NCBI GenBank assembly: GCA_042563095.1
Contig: JBHPMS010000001.1
Span: forward strand, 1 to 64,000
Reading direction: 5' to 3'
DNA length: 64,000 nt
DNA from: Candidatus Margulisiibacteriota bacterium
GTDB taxonomy: Bacteria > Margulisbacteria > WOR-1 > XYC2-FULL-46-14
The notes under the pieces are model-generated. The model had not been told where the DNA came from. It saw only the letters and a list, made by a program, of their open reading frames with translations, and did not search any database. Shown here piece by piece: positions 1 to 9,171 of the stretch (within the stretch, counting starts at the first letter, position 1; each line of letters opens with the position of its first letter). A program made the translations under genes and the position numbers.

Positions 1-1
1 T

Positions 2-430
2 GATGCCACTAACTACGACCGGATGAAAAAGCGGGTATTGGACGAGTTAAAAAAACAGTTCCGCCCTGAATTTTTGAATCGGATTGATGAGCAGGTTGTG
101 TTCAAGGCGCTTTTAAAAGAAGACTTAAGCCAGATAATAGATATTATGCTATCTGATTTAAATAAACGGATGTCTGAAAAAGGGCTCGGTCTTAAGTTAA
201 ATAAAAAGGCCAAAACATTCTTGGTGGATATATCGTATGATCCAAAATTTGGAGCCCGGCCACTCAGGCGGACACTTGAGGATTATGTGGAAGATCCAAT
301 CTCTGAAAAAGTGTTGCGCGGAAAAGTTTCTTTTGGCCAGCAACTGGATGCCAGTTTGAGCGACGAAAAGTTAGTCTTTGCTACAAAAGTTAAACGCTCC
401 AAATCAAAAACAAACAATGCCGAAGAATGA
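2..430 (+). CDS. Clp ATPase (ClpC/ClpB family) C-terminal fragment, 5' partial at window edge
   Basis: The reading frame is open from the window edge. FRPEFLNRIDE and GARPLRR motifs match the D2 small domain of Clp/Hsp100 ATPases. Confidence 0.8.
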   Translation, partial: DATNYDRMKKRVLDELKKQFRPEFLNRIDEQVVFKALLKEDLSQIIDIMLSDLNKRMSEKGLGLKLNKKAKTFLVDISYDPKFGARPLRRTLEDYVEDPISEKVLRGKVSFGQQLDASLSDEKLVFATKVKRSKSKTNNAEE

Positions 431-1781
431 TACTCTTTTCGTTTGTCAGGCCTGCGGGCAAGACTTCCCTCGCTGGTCCGGGCAATGTGTTTCTTGTGGG
501 GAGTGGTCAACACTAACTGAGGAGAAACGCCCAACATCAAACGCCCAACGTCCAAACCGGCATCCTAGCCCAAATCCCAACATCCAAACTAAACCAATAT
601 CAATAAGTAAAATAGAATTCGAAAAGGAATCTAGAATCAAAACTTCACTTGATGAGTTGGATCGAGTACTTGGCGGAGGGATTGTTCCAGGCTCGGTGGT
701 TTTAGTAGGTGGGGATCCGGGGATTGGGAAGTCAACCCTGATGCTGCAACTGGCCAATCTTTTAAACCAGACCGCCCTGTATATTTCTGGAGAAGAATCC
801 TCAAAACAGGTTCGGATGCGTGCCGAACGTTTAAAAGCACTTTCTACTAATATCCAGTTTTTAGCTGAAACAAACCTTTTTGCAATAGAAAACTCAATCA
901 ATAAAGTAAAACCAAAACTGGTCATTGTTGATTCTATCCAGACTATTTTTAGAGAAGATTTAACTTCTGCTGCCGGATCGGTTTCTCAAGTCCGTGAGTG
1001 CGGTAATTACTTAGTACAGTTAGCAAAAGCAAGTCATACTGCAATTTTTATCGTTGGGCATGTTACTAAAGAGGGGAATCTGGCGGGGCCAAGGATCCTA
1101 GAGCATATGGTTGATACAGTTTTATATTTCGAAGGGGAGAGGCATCGGCAATTCCGTTTACTCAGGGCAGTGAAAAACCGTTTCGGTTCTGCCTCTGAAG
1201 TTGGGATTTTTGAGATGAAAGGGGAGGGGTTGGTCCCGGTTGCAAATCCGTCCGAAGTCTTTCTATCCGAAAAACCGGAGGGGCTTCCCGGCTCGGTCGT
1301 GACGTCAATCATAGAAGGATCACGCCCACTGCTTTTAGAAATCCAGGCCCTGGTTTCTTTTACTAAAATGGTTTCACCCAGAAGAACAACCGTGGGATTA
1401 GATTACAATCGAGTATCTATGCTAGCTGCCGTTTTAGAAAGTAGATTGAATATGAAACTTAGCTCACAAGATATTTATGTCAATGTTGCAGGAGGGGTAA
1501 AAATTACTGAGCCGGCTGCCGATCTTCCCACAGCTATAGCCATTGCCTCATCTTATAAAAAGAAAACGATAGCTTCCAATACTCTGGTTATTGGAGAAAT
1601 AGGCTTAACTTCGGAAGTCCGTGCGGTTTCGCAGATTGAAGCGAGAATTGCAGAAGCCGAAAAACTTGGATTCAAAAACATTATTCTTCCGAAAGGGAAC
1701 CTTTCTCAAATCAAGAAAAACAAACTTCAAATCTCTGCGGTTGCAAACCTCAAAGCAGCGCTGGAAGTGGTGTTTGATTAA
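417..1781 (+). CDS. radA: DNA repair protein RadA/Sms
   Basis: N-terminal CxxC-x10-CxxC zinc finger, Walker A GDPGIGKST, KNRFG motif and a Lon-protease-like C-terminal domain. The ATG at 417 overlaps the upstream stop by 14 nt. Confidence 0.9.
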   Translation: MPKNDTLFVCQACGQDFPRWSGQCVSCGEWSTLTEEKRPTSNAQRPNRHPSPNPNIQTKPISISKIEFEKESRIKTSLDELDRVLGGGIVPGSVVLVGGDPGIGKSTLMLQLANLLNQTALYISGEESSKQVRMRAERLKALSTNIQFLAETNLFAIENSINKVKPKLVIVDSIQTIFREDLTSAAGSVSQVRECGNYLVQLAKASHTAIFIVGHVTKEGNLAGPRILEHMVDTVLYFEGERHRQFRLLRAVKNRFGSASEVGIFEMKGEGLVPVANPSEVFLSEKPEGLPGSVVTSIIEGSRPLLLEIQALVSFTKMVSPRRTTVGLDYNRVSMLAAVLESRLNMKLSSQDIYVNVAGGVKITEPAADLPTAIAIASSYKKKTIASNTLVIGEIGLTSEVRAVSQIEARIAEAEKLGFKNIILPKGNLSQIKKNKLQISAVANLKAALEVVFD

Positions 1782-1804
1782 TCCACACACTTAAGTGTGT
1801 GGTA

Positions 1805-2371
1805 TCAGTTTTTAAAATGCAATTCCTTTTTTACCCTTTCAGATAAGTAAATCTTCATCAGCGATTGATAGGGGACATCGTTTTTGTTTGCCAGGACTTT
1901 TAAGTATTCAATTAATGATTCTGGAAGTCTCAAGGAGATACTTTTAGTTGATGGTTTTAGATTTGGGAAAACCACCCTTTTCCCTTTGGAGAAATCAATG
2001 TATTTGGTTGAATCATTTTTTGACCAGAAATTAGTTTCTTGCTTTTCATTTTTAAACATTGGGACCTTTTTTAATTTTTTCATAATATCCATCTCCTCTC
2101 TTTTTTTATTTGCATCCCTGGCGGAGATCACTCTAATTTTATTCCTGCGCACAGTAAAAACTACAAATAAATACCGCCCTTTATTGGTTTTGCCTAGTGC
2201 ATAATGCCGTTTTTCTGCCAGAGAGTGTTTAGAATCATCATCAACCACCAAAGGCTTATTAAAGAATATTTCTTCACATTCGTAGTGGGCAACCTTATGC
2301 TTCTCCCAATTCTTAACAATATTGGCCTGATCCCAATCAAACCCATTTGCCATGTAAAACATTTCACGCAT
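1805..2371 (-). CDS. BrnT-like toxin (DUF497) fused in frame to a BrnA-like antitoxin
   Basis: The N-terminal 92 aa (FDWDxxNxxKNxxKHxV...RVISARDA) resemble BrnT ribonuclease toxins. The C-terminal roughly 95 aa, starting MDIMKKLKK, resemble BrnA/CopG-like antitoxins. There is no stop codon between the two halves. Confidence 0.5.
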   Translation of the reverse strand: MREMFYMANGFDWDQANIVKNWEKHKVAHYECEEIFFNKPLVVDDDSKHSLAEKRHYALGKTNKGRYLFVVFTVRRNKIRVISARDANKKREEMDIMKKLKKVPMFKNEKQETNFWSKNDSTKYIDFSKGKRVVFPNLKPSTKSISLRLPESLIEYLKVLANKNDVPYQSLMKIYLSERVKKELHFKN

Positions 2372-2508
2372 AATCTATATGTATATTACCATAGTATACA
2401 TGCTTGTCAAGGCCTTAAACCTCAAAGCAGGTTGGGTGGTGGTGTTTTAATACTGGACATAATGTAAAACAGATTGACAATCTGTCCAGTATCTGATATC
2501 CTGATAAT

Positions 2509-3678
2509 ATGATCAAAAGAGAACTTGGAGAAAAGATAAAAAAGGCGGCAGGGCAGTATCCGGTAGTGGGAGTAATCGGTCCACGGCAATCAGGAAAAAC
2601 CACCCTGGTAAAGGAATTATTTAAAAAATATCCCTACATTTCACTTGAAAAGCCGACCGAATTAGAATTTGCTCTTTCTGATCCGGAAGGTTTTCTTGGC
2701 CGTTTCCAGAAGGGCGGAATCATTGACGAAATTCAGCGGGCTCCGCAATTATTTTCTTATATTCAAACAATTGTTGATCAAAATCAAAAAGCCGGGCAAT
2801 TTATTATAACCGGATCCCAGAATTTTGGATTACTCGAAAAAATAGGACAGACCCTGGCGGGGAGAATTGCGCTGAAGGAGCTCTTGCCGTTTTCATATCT
2901 GGAGCTGAAAGGCGGGAAAATTGATCCGAGTAAGCTGGAGGAATTGCTGTATAAAGGCGGATATCCCAAAATATATGATAAAAAGCTGAATCCATCTGAC
3001 TGGCATTCAAATTATGTTAAAACCTATCTTGAACGTGACGTCAGGACAATAAAAAATATAGGAGATCTGTCAACTTTCCAACGGTTTTTACGGATGTGCG
3101 CATACCGGTCTGGAAAAATCCTCAGCCTTTCTTCTTTGGCAAATGATTGCGGTATTACCCACAATACTGCGAAAGCCTGGCTCTCGGTTCTTGAAGCCAG
3201 CTATATTGTCTTTTTGCTTAATCCATATTACAAAAACTACAATAAAAGGCTTATAAAATCGCCAAAATTATTCTTTTATGATGTTGGTTTACTCTGTTAT
3301 TTGATGGGAATTAGTAATAAAAAGAATCTTCTTCTCCACCCAGAAATCGGGTCTATCTTTGAAACATTTATAATAAGCGAGATTAAAAAAATGCTTATTA
3401 ATTCTGGAATCCATATTGATATCTATTACTGGAGAGATAAACTGGGACGGGAGATTGATTGTTTGATTGATAAATCCGGACAGAGCATCGCTTTAGAAAT
3501 TAAAGCTGGCCAGACAATTGCTCCACAGTATTTTAAAAATTTAAACTACTGGTCAAAACTTACCAGGGCAAAAACAGGGAGCCAAATTGTTATCTATGCA
3601 GGAAGCAGTAACCAAAAAAGGTCAAACGCAACTGTTTTGAGCTGGAAAAACCTCGAAAGAGTGCTGGAAGTGGTATAA
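2509..3678 (+). CDS. AAA+ ATPase, DUF4143-type
   Basis: Walker A GPRQSGKTT near the N-terminus, with a C-terminal region typical of DUF4143 ATPases. Confidence 0.6.
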   Translation: MIKRELGEKIKKAAGQYPVVGVIGPRQSGKTTLVKELFKKYPYISLEKPTELEFALSDPEGFLGRFQKGGIIDEIQRAPQLFSYIQTIVDQNQKAGQFIITGSQNFGLLEKIGQTLAGRIALKELLPFSYLELKGGKIDPSKLEELLYKGGYPKIYDKKLNPSDWHSNYVKTYLERDVRTIKNIGDLSTFQRFLRMCAYRSGKILSLSSLANDCGITHNTAKAWLSVLEASYIVFLLNPYYKNYNKRLIKSPKLFFYDVGLLCYLMGISNKKNLLLHPEIGSIFETFIISEIKKMLINSGIHIDIYYWRDKLGREIDCLIDKSGQSIALEIKAGQTIAPQYFKNLNYWSKLTRAKTGSQIVIYAGSSNQKRSNATVLSWKNLERVLEVV

Positions 3679-3685
3679 TTTTACT

Positions 3686-4903
3686 ATGAAATACCAGTCA
3701 CTCAGAGGGATGAAAGATATCTTGCCGGAGGAAACTCCAGTCTGGCAGCAAATCGAAGAAGTTTGTCGGAAAAACTTTCAAATCTTTAACTACCAGGAAA
3801 TCAGAACTCCGCTATTGGAAAAAACTGAACTTTTTGCCCGTGCGGTGGGCGGAGAAACCGACATCGTTGCAAAAGAAATGTATTCTTTTATCGATAAAGG
3901 AGATCGGAATGTCTGCTTAAGGCCGGAAGGAACTGCTTCAGTTGTTCGATCAGCTCTTGAACATAACCTGATCTCAAAAGACAAACTAACCAAACTATAT
4001 TACTTTGGTCCGATGTTCCGCTACGAACGGCCTCAAGCAGGACGCTACCGACAGTTCCATCAAGTGGGGATCGAGGCCTTTGGCTCATCGGATGTTTCAC
4101 TTGATGTTGAAACAATTCTTTTGGCGATGAAAATATTTTCTGATCTTGGATTAACAGATTTAGAAGTCGATATTAACTCAGTCGGTTGTCCCGAGTGCAG
4201 ACCGCACTTTATTAAAAATTTAAAAACTTATCTTAAGGATCATATCAATAAGATGTGTGAGGATTGTATTAAAAGATGTGCCAAAAATCCTCTACGCGTG
4301 CTCGATTGTAAAAAAGAAAAATGTAACAAGATAATTGATGGAGCTCCTTCAACGATTGATTCACTTTGCACTCCTTGTCGTGATCACTTTGAAGAACTAG
4401 AAGTGCTACTGGAACACCTGGGGATTAACTTTAATGTAAACAAAAGATTGGTCAGGGGGCTCGATTACTACACCAAAACTACTTACGAAATCATTTCAAA
4501 ATCTCTTGGAGCCCAAAACGCGGTCTGTGGAGGAGGACGGTATGATAATCTAGTGAAAGATTTCGGAGGACAAGATATACCGGCAGTAGGCTTTGCCATT
4601 GGCTTGGAACGGTTGGCTGAACTATTGAAACTCAAAACTCAAAACTCAAAACTCAAAATTAATGTAGAATTATATATTATTCCAATGGGAGAAGCGGCGA
4701 AGAAGTTAGCGGTGGGGTATTTGAAGGAGGCGAGGGAGAAGGGGATTGCGGTGGATATGGATTACTCGGGTAAAAAATTGAAGGCGCAGATGAAAACAGC
4801 TAACCGGATCGGGGCAAAATATGTAGCAATAATCGGCGAAGAAGAGCTTAATACCGGAAAAGTTACGCTAAAAAAACATGCAGACAGAAGAACAGTCTTC
4901 TGA
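3686..4903 (+). CDS. hisS: histidine--tRNA ligase
   Basis: MKYQSLRGMKDILPEE N-terminus, class II motifs (FRYERPQAGRYRQFHQ), a Cys-containing insertion domain and a C-terminal anticodon-binding domain. Confidence 0.9.
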   Translation: MKYQSLRGMKDILPEETPVWQQIEEVCRKNFQIFNYQEIRTPLLEKTELFARAVGGETDIVAKEMYSFIDKGDRNVCLRPEGTASVVRSALEHNLISKDKLTKLYYFGPMFRYERPQAGRYRQFHQVGIEAFGSSDVSLDVETILLAMKIFSDLGLTDLEVDINSVGCPECRPHFIKNLKTYLKDHINKMCEDCIKRCAKNPLRVLDCKKEKCNKIIDGAPSTIDSLCTPCRDHFEELEVLLEHLGINFNVNKRLVRGLDYYTKTTYEIISKSLGAQNAVCGGGRYDNLVKDFGGQDIPAVGFAIGLERLAELLKLKTQNSKLKINVELYIIPMGEAAKKLAVGYLKEAREKGIAVDMDYSGKKLKAQMKTANRIGAKYVAIIGEEELNTGKVTLKKHADRRTVF

Positions 4904-4933
4904 CAGTTTTGGGAATATATTAAAGAAAATTCA

Positions 4934-5476
4934 ATGAACTACATTTTAATAGGTTTATTGCTTGTTCTGGTTATCTTTGTAATCCTGATTTATAACCGCA
5001 TAATTAAGTTGAAGCATATGCTGAATGAGGCCTGGAGCGGGGTCGATGTTCAGTTAAAAAGAAGGCACGACCTGATCCCTAATATTCTGGAATCGGTAAA
5101 AGCCTACAGCAACTATGAAAAGGACCTGTTTACCAAAATCGCGGACATCCGTAGCGGTTTTTCAAAAAACAGCGGGATCAAAGAGACCGGAGAAAAAGAG
5201 AATGTATTTACCGGGGCATTAAAAAGTGTTTTTGCCCTGGCCGAAGCTTATCCTGATTTGAAGGCGAACAATAATTTTTTGAACCTGCAAAAAACGCTTA
5301 CCGAAATAGAAAACGAACTGCAGCTGGCGCGGCGTTATTACAACGGAACGGTCCGCAACTATAATATTGCCATCCAGACATTCCCCGGCATGCTGGTTGC
5401 CGGGCCGGCCAAATTTGTCCCCGAAGAATTTTTTGAAATCGAGCTGGCCAGCGAACGGCAGGTCCCGCATGTCTAA
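4934..5476 (+). CDS. LemA family membrane protein
   Basis: N-terminal transmembrane helix followed by the conserved LemA block (WSGVDVQLKRRHDLIPN). Confidence 0.75.
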   Translation: MNYILIGLLLVLVIFVILIYNRIIKLKHMLNEAWSGVDVQLKRRHDLIPNILESVKAYSNYEKDLFTKIADIRSGFSKNSGIKETGEKENVFTGALKSVFALAEAYPDLKANNNFLNLQKTLTEIENELQLARRYYNGTVRNYNIAIQTFPGMLVAGPAKFVPEEFFEIELASERQVPHV

Positions 5477-7364
5477 GCGGTTCGGGCTTCTGCTTTTTTA
5501 TTTATTCTTGTTCCTTTCCGTTTCTGCAGGGGCAGAGACTGAGCGCCTTTTATCTTTCCATTCGGACATCAAAATCTGGCCGGATTCATCGATGCAGGTG
5601 ACCGAGACAATCAAGGTTATAAGCACCGGCGCAAAAATCAAACGGGGGATTTTCCGTGATTTTCCGACCCGTTACAAAGACCGCTACGGAAATAAATATA
5701 AGGTCGGGTTCGAAATTATTTCGGCTGAGCGCGACGGCAGTCCGATAAATTACTGGAAAGAGAGCAGGCAAAACGGCTGGCGTATTTATATGGGGAACAA
5801 GAATAAATACCTGGCGCCGGGCGAATACACCTTTACCTTAAGTTATACCACAAACCGCCAGCTGGGGTTTTTTGAAGATTATGACGAGCTCTACTGGAAT
5901 GTGACCGGCAACGGCTGGGATTTTGAGATCGACCGGGCGAGCGCGCGGATAGAGCTGCCGGCGCCGGCAGCCGGAAAAATAATCAATTATGCTGCCTATA
6001 CCGGAGCAGCGGGGGAAGCGGGGAGCAATTATTATGTTTCAGAAGATGAGGAGGGGCGGATCTATTTTGCAACCGAGCGTCTGCTTAGCAAAAACGAAGG
6101 ATTGACGGTGGCGGTCTCCTGGCCGAAAGGTTTTGTGGCAGAGCCGACCGCAACGGAAAAAAATATAGAACTGCTGAAAGATAATTTTTCAATTATTATC
6201 GGTCTGGCCGGCTTGGTAATCCTTGGCCTGTATTATTCTATCGTCTGGAACAGAGTCGGAAAAGACCCGCAGAAGGGGGTAATTATTCCGCTCTTTTATC
6301 CGCCGAAAGGGTTTTCCCCGTCGGCGATCCGTTACCTTATAAAAATGGGGTTCGACAACAAAGCCTTTGCGGCAGCGGTGATTAATCTGGCGGTAAACGG
6401 CTGGTTAACTATAGAAGATAATAACGGCGAGTATACACTAAAGAATGTCAGGAAAGGCGGGGAGATAAAAACACCGGAAGAAAAAATGATGTTTTTTAAT
6501 CTGCTGGCCGGCCGGGACAGCCTGATACTGGAAAACAGCAATCATATTGTGGTCAGCAGGTCAAAAATCCAGTTAGAAAGGAAGCTTGAAAGCGCTTTAC
6601 ATAAAAAGTATTTTTTCTCCAATATAAAATATTCGGCCGCCGGAACAATTCTGTCGCTGGTTATTCTTGCCGCAACTGTTTTTTTGGGAACTGCCAGGGA
6701 AAATCTCTATACGACTGGGTTTATGGTAGTGTGGCTGACATTCTGGAGTATGGGGGTGTTTGCGCTGCTCAAACAGGCAGGATCAGCCTGGAAAGCAAAA
6801 AAGTGGTTTCAGGCAATTTTTATGAGCCTGTTTTGTATTCCGTTTCTAATTGGTGGGATTGTCGGGGCGGGGGCGCTGAGCCAGGCGCTTTCTTTTGCTG
6901 TAGTGGTGATTTTTATTATTGCAGCAGCTCTAAACGTGGTATATTTTTACCTGTTAAAAGCGCCGACCGTTGCCGGTCGCCGAATTATGGACCAGATCGA
7001 AGGTTTCAAAATGTACCTTTCTGTTGCCGAAAAAGACCGGCTGAATATGTCTGACGCTCCCGAAAAAACTTCTCAGCTTTTTGAAAAGTATCTCCCTTAT
7101 GCACTTGCACTCGATGTCGAAAATCAATGGGCAGAAAAATTTAATGATATATTGTCCAGGGCAAAAGAAGGATATACACCTGCCTGGTATCATGGTAGAA
7201 GCTGGTATCATTTTGGCGGGGCAGCCGGATTTGCCAATAATCTGGGCAGCTCTTTTTCACATGCAATTTCTTCTTCTTCGACCCCTCCGGGAAGCAGCTC
7301 CGGAAGCGGGGGAGGAGGGTTTTCGGGCGGCGGTGGCGGCGGTGGCGGTGGTGGCGGCTTCTAG
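5469..7364 (+). CDS. DUF2207-like membrane protein, the usual LemA partner
   Basis: ATG at 5469 overlaps the lemA stop (ATGTCTAA). Signal peptide, several transmembrane helices and a Gly-run C-terminus (GGGGFSGGGGGGGGGGGF). Confidence 0.6.
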   Translation: MSKRFGLLLFYLFLFLSVSAGAETERLLSFHSDIKIWPDSSMQVTETIKVISTGAKIKRGIFRDFPTRYKDRYGNKYKVGFEIISAERDGSPINYWKESRQNGWRIYMGNKNKYLAPGEYTFTLSYTTNRQLGFFEDYDELYWNVTGNGWDFEIDRASARIELPAPAAGKIINYAAYTGAAGEAGSNYYVSEDEEGRIYFATERLLSKNEGLTVAVSWPKGFVAEPTATEKNIELLKDNFSIIIGLAGLVILGLYYSIVWNRVGKDPQKGVIIPLFYPPKGFSPSAIRYLIKMGFDNKAFAAAVINLAVNGWLTIEDNNGEYTLKNVRKGGEIKTPEEKMMFFNLLAGRDSLILENSNHIVVSRSKIQLERKLESALHKKYFFSNIKYSAAGTILSLVILAATVFLGTARENLYTTGFMVVWLTFWSMGVFALLKQAGSAWKAKKWFQAIFMSLFCIPFLIGGIVGAGALSQALSFAVVVIFIIAAALNVVYFYLLKAPTVAGRRIMDQIEGFKMYLSVAEKDRLNMSDAPEKTSQLFEKYLPYALALDVENQWAEKFNDILSRAKEGYTPAWYHGRSWYHFGGAAGFANNLGSSFSHAISSSSTPPGSSSGSGGGGFSGGGGGGGGGGGF

Positions 7365-7370
7365 TTTTGC

Positions 7371-7973
7371 CTAAAGTTCTTCTTTAATTATAACTTTCTT
7401 TAATACGACATCTTCGTTCGGTTTATCTTGTGATCCTCTTGGAACCAAAGAAATTACATCAACAACATCCTGCCCCTCAATAACTTGACCGAAGATAGTA
7501 TGTTTTCCGTTAAGCCAGGTCGTTGGAGCAACTGTAATAAAAAATTGTGATCCATTGGTATTTGGGCCAGCGTTGGCCATTGCCAGCCTTCCAACCCGAT
7601 CAAAACCTAACTCTTCGACACATTCGTCTTCAAAGCGATACCCTGGACCTCCGGTTCCTTTTCCCAGTGGATCGCCCCCCTGGATCATAAAGTCAGGAAT
7701 GACCCGGTGAAAAATAGTTCCGTCATATAAGGGCTTTTTAGTTTTCTTACCATCTCTTGGATCGGTCCACTCCTTTTCACCCCTGGCTAGCCCCACAAAG
7801 TTGGCGACTGTTTTTGGCGCTTCATTTGGATAGAGCGCTATGGTAATATTTCCGAGGCTAGTCTCAAATACAGCGTACAATTTATCTGGCATTTTTAGTT
7901 TTCTCCCCATGGCGTGTACTATACTGATAGTCAGTAAACACAACGCAATTGCGACAAGTATTTTTGTTTTCAT
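7371..7973 (-). CDS. cyclophilin-type peptidyl-prolyl cis-trans isomerase, secreted
   Basis: Signal peptide plus a cyclophilin core ([33 protein letters not shown]). Confidence 0.85.
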   Translation of the reverse strand: MKTKILVAIALCLLTISIVHAMGRKLKMPDKLYAVFETSLGNITIALYPNEAPKTVANFVGLARGEKEWTDPRDGKKTKKPLYDGTIFHRVIPDFMIQGGDPLGKGTGGPGYRFEDECVEELGFDRVGRLAMANAGPNTNGSQFFITVAPTTWLNGKHTIFGQVIEGQDVVDVISLVPRGSQDKPNEDVVLKKVIIKEEL

Positions 7974-8055
7974 GCTTTTTAAATTATAGGCTATTAGACT
8001 GCTTTTAGCAAATTGTGTTATAATTGATTATATCAATACTGGAGGTAAACAAGTA

Positions 8056-8220
8056 ATGAGTGCAGAAAGATCAGAGTTTAAAGGAAAGCCGATTTTAGTC
8101 TTAAAAAACGGGGAAGATGATAAATACCCCTTTTCGTTTGGGATGTCAAAAGCGAGAAAGATAATTGAACATATTGAAGATATTAAGAAGTTTGTAGAAG
8201 AGAACGAAAAACCAGCTTAA
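8056..8220 (+). CDS. small hypothetical protein (54 aa)
   Basis: A GGAGGT RBS lies 7 nt upstream of the ATG. The ORF is below the 60-aa cutoff of the supplied track. Confidence 0.35.
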   Translation: MSAERSEFKGKPILVLKNGEDDKYPFSFGMSKARKIIEHIEDIKKFVEENEKPA

Positions 8221-9140
8221 TAAACAAAATTCATTTTATTTGCGAATAGTTTCAAGATATCTGCCCTGGCTTGCCATTCTAGCTGTAACTTTATGGCATA
8301 TTCAGATTCTTCTTGAGAAACTTCGGCATGATTTTTTTCGTGGAGGATTGCTTCTACCGTGCTGGTTAAACCTTCAATTTCGGATAAATCTTTAAAAATG
8401 TTTGAATAGGCAATGGCAAATAAAGATAATGATTGATAATTGCCCGATAAAAGGTATCCTTTAAAAAGCTCAAAAAATATTGATTGAATCATCTTGATGC
8501 CTAAATTTTTTTGATGAATACTTTGTGCTATGGAAGAAGCATGATCAGTATAATAATCTACGACAATTTTTTGCAAAGTATTATCGTTTACCTTTACCAA
8601 TCTTTTTATCTTATCTGCCAATAAATGATTGCAGCGGCGGCTCGATCGAAATTTGTTTATAAAACTACTAACTCTTTTTGCCTTTTTTTTGTTGTGGCAA
8701 GCCTGATATCTTGCTTTTGCTGCCAATGAGAATAAGATCAAATTATAAACCGTGTTATTCAATGTTTGATAATAAAAATCTAATCCGCAATGTGCCATAT
8801 CAAAAATGCAATCAGCAACCCATTCTTTAATTAACGGATTATTTTTTCCGGAAATAATTGAGGCTTGTTCAAATCCAAGAACTTTTTCAAGAGCAGGGCG
8901 GAGGTGTTCAAATGGATCCGGAATGCTTAATTGAATTCCAGCCCGCAGAGATGAGCCAATCAGCTTTGCGTCCATTTGTATTCTGTCGCGAAAAATATGA
9001 AGAGTATGTACGGAAGTAACATGATGTTCTCTGTAGAGTCTTTTGGAGGCGCAGAGATAAGCATTAATGTTTAATTGGTGTTTTTCGAAAAATGGTGATA
9101 ATATTGAGCTTCTTTGTATTGTTAGCGTTCCCTTTCTCAT
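8217..9140 (-). CDS. hypothetical protein
   Basis: Long ORF with no motif I can recognise. Confidence 0.4.
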   Translation of the reverse strand: MRKGTLTIQRSSILSPFFEKHQLNINAYLCASKRLYREHHVTSVHTLHIFRDRIQMDAKLIGSSLRAGIQLSIPDPFEHLRPALEKVLGFEQASIISGKNNPLIKEWVADCIFDMAHCGLDFYYQTLNNTVYNLILFSLAAKARYQACHNKKKAKRVSSFINKFRSSRRCNHLLADKIKRLVKVNDNTLQKIVVDYYTDHASSIAQSIHQKNLGIKMIQSIFFELFKGYLLSGNYQSLSLFAIAYSNIFKDLSEIEGLTSTVEAILHEKNHAEVSQEESEYAIKLQLEWQARADILKLFANKMNFVY

Positions 9141-9171
9141 GCATATATATCATTCATCTTAGAGATAAATT

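Noticed and set aside
446-925. Long antisense or alternate-frame ORFs inside confidently assigned genes (for example 446-925, 14047-14670, 49476-50159, 53640-54230, 28855-29223, 9275-9526)
   Set aside because: These lie entirely within, and opposite to or out of frame with, well-supported genes (radA, aspS, dnaG, ppdK, DprA-like, flavoprotein). They have no RBS or motif support and are typical of spurious ORFs.
4626-4660. Short tandem repeats as a CRISPR array or contingency locus
   Set aside because: Only 7-nt units with no spacers, and the repeat lies inside the essential hisS reading frame. No CRISPR-like repeat-spacer structure was found anywhere in the window.
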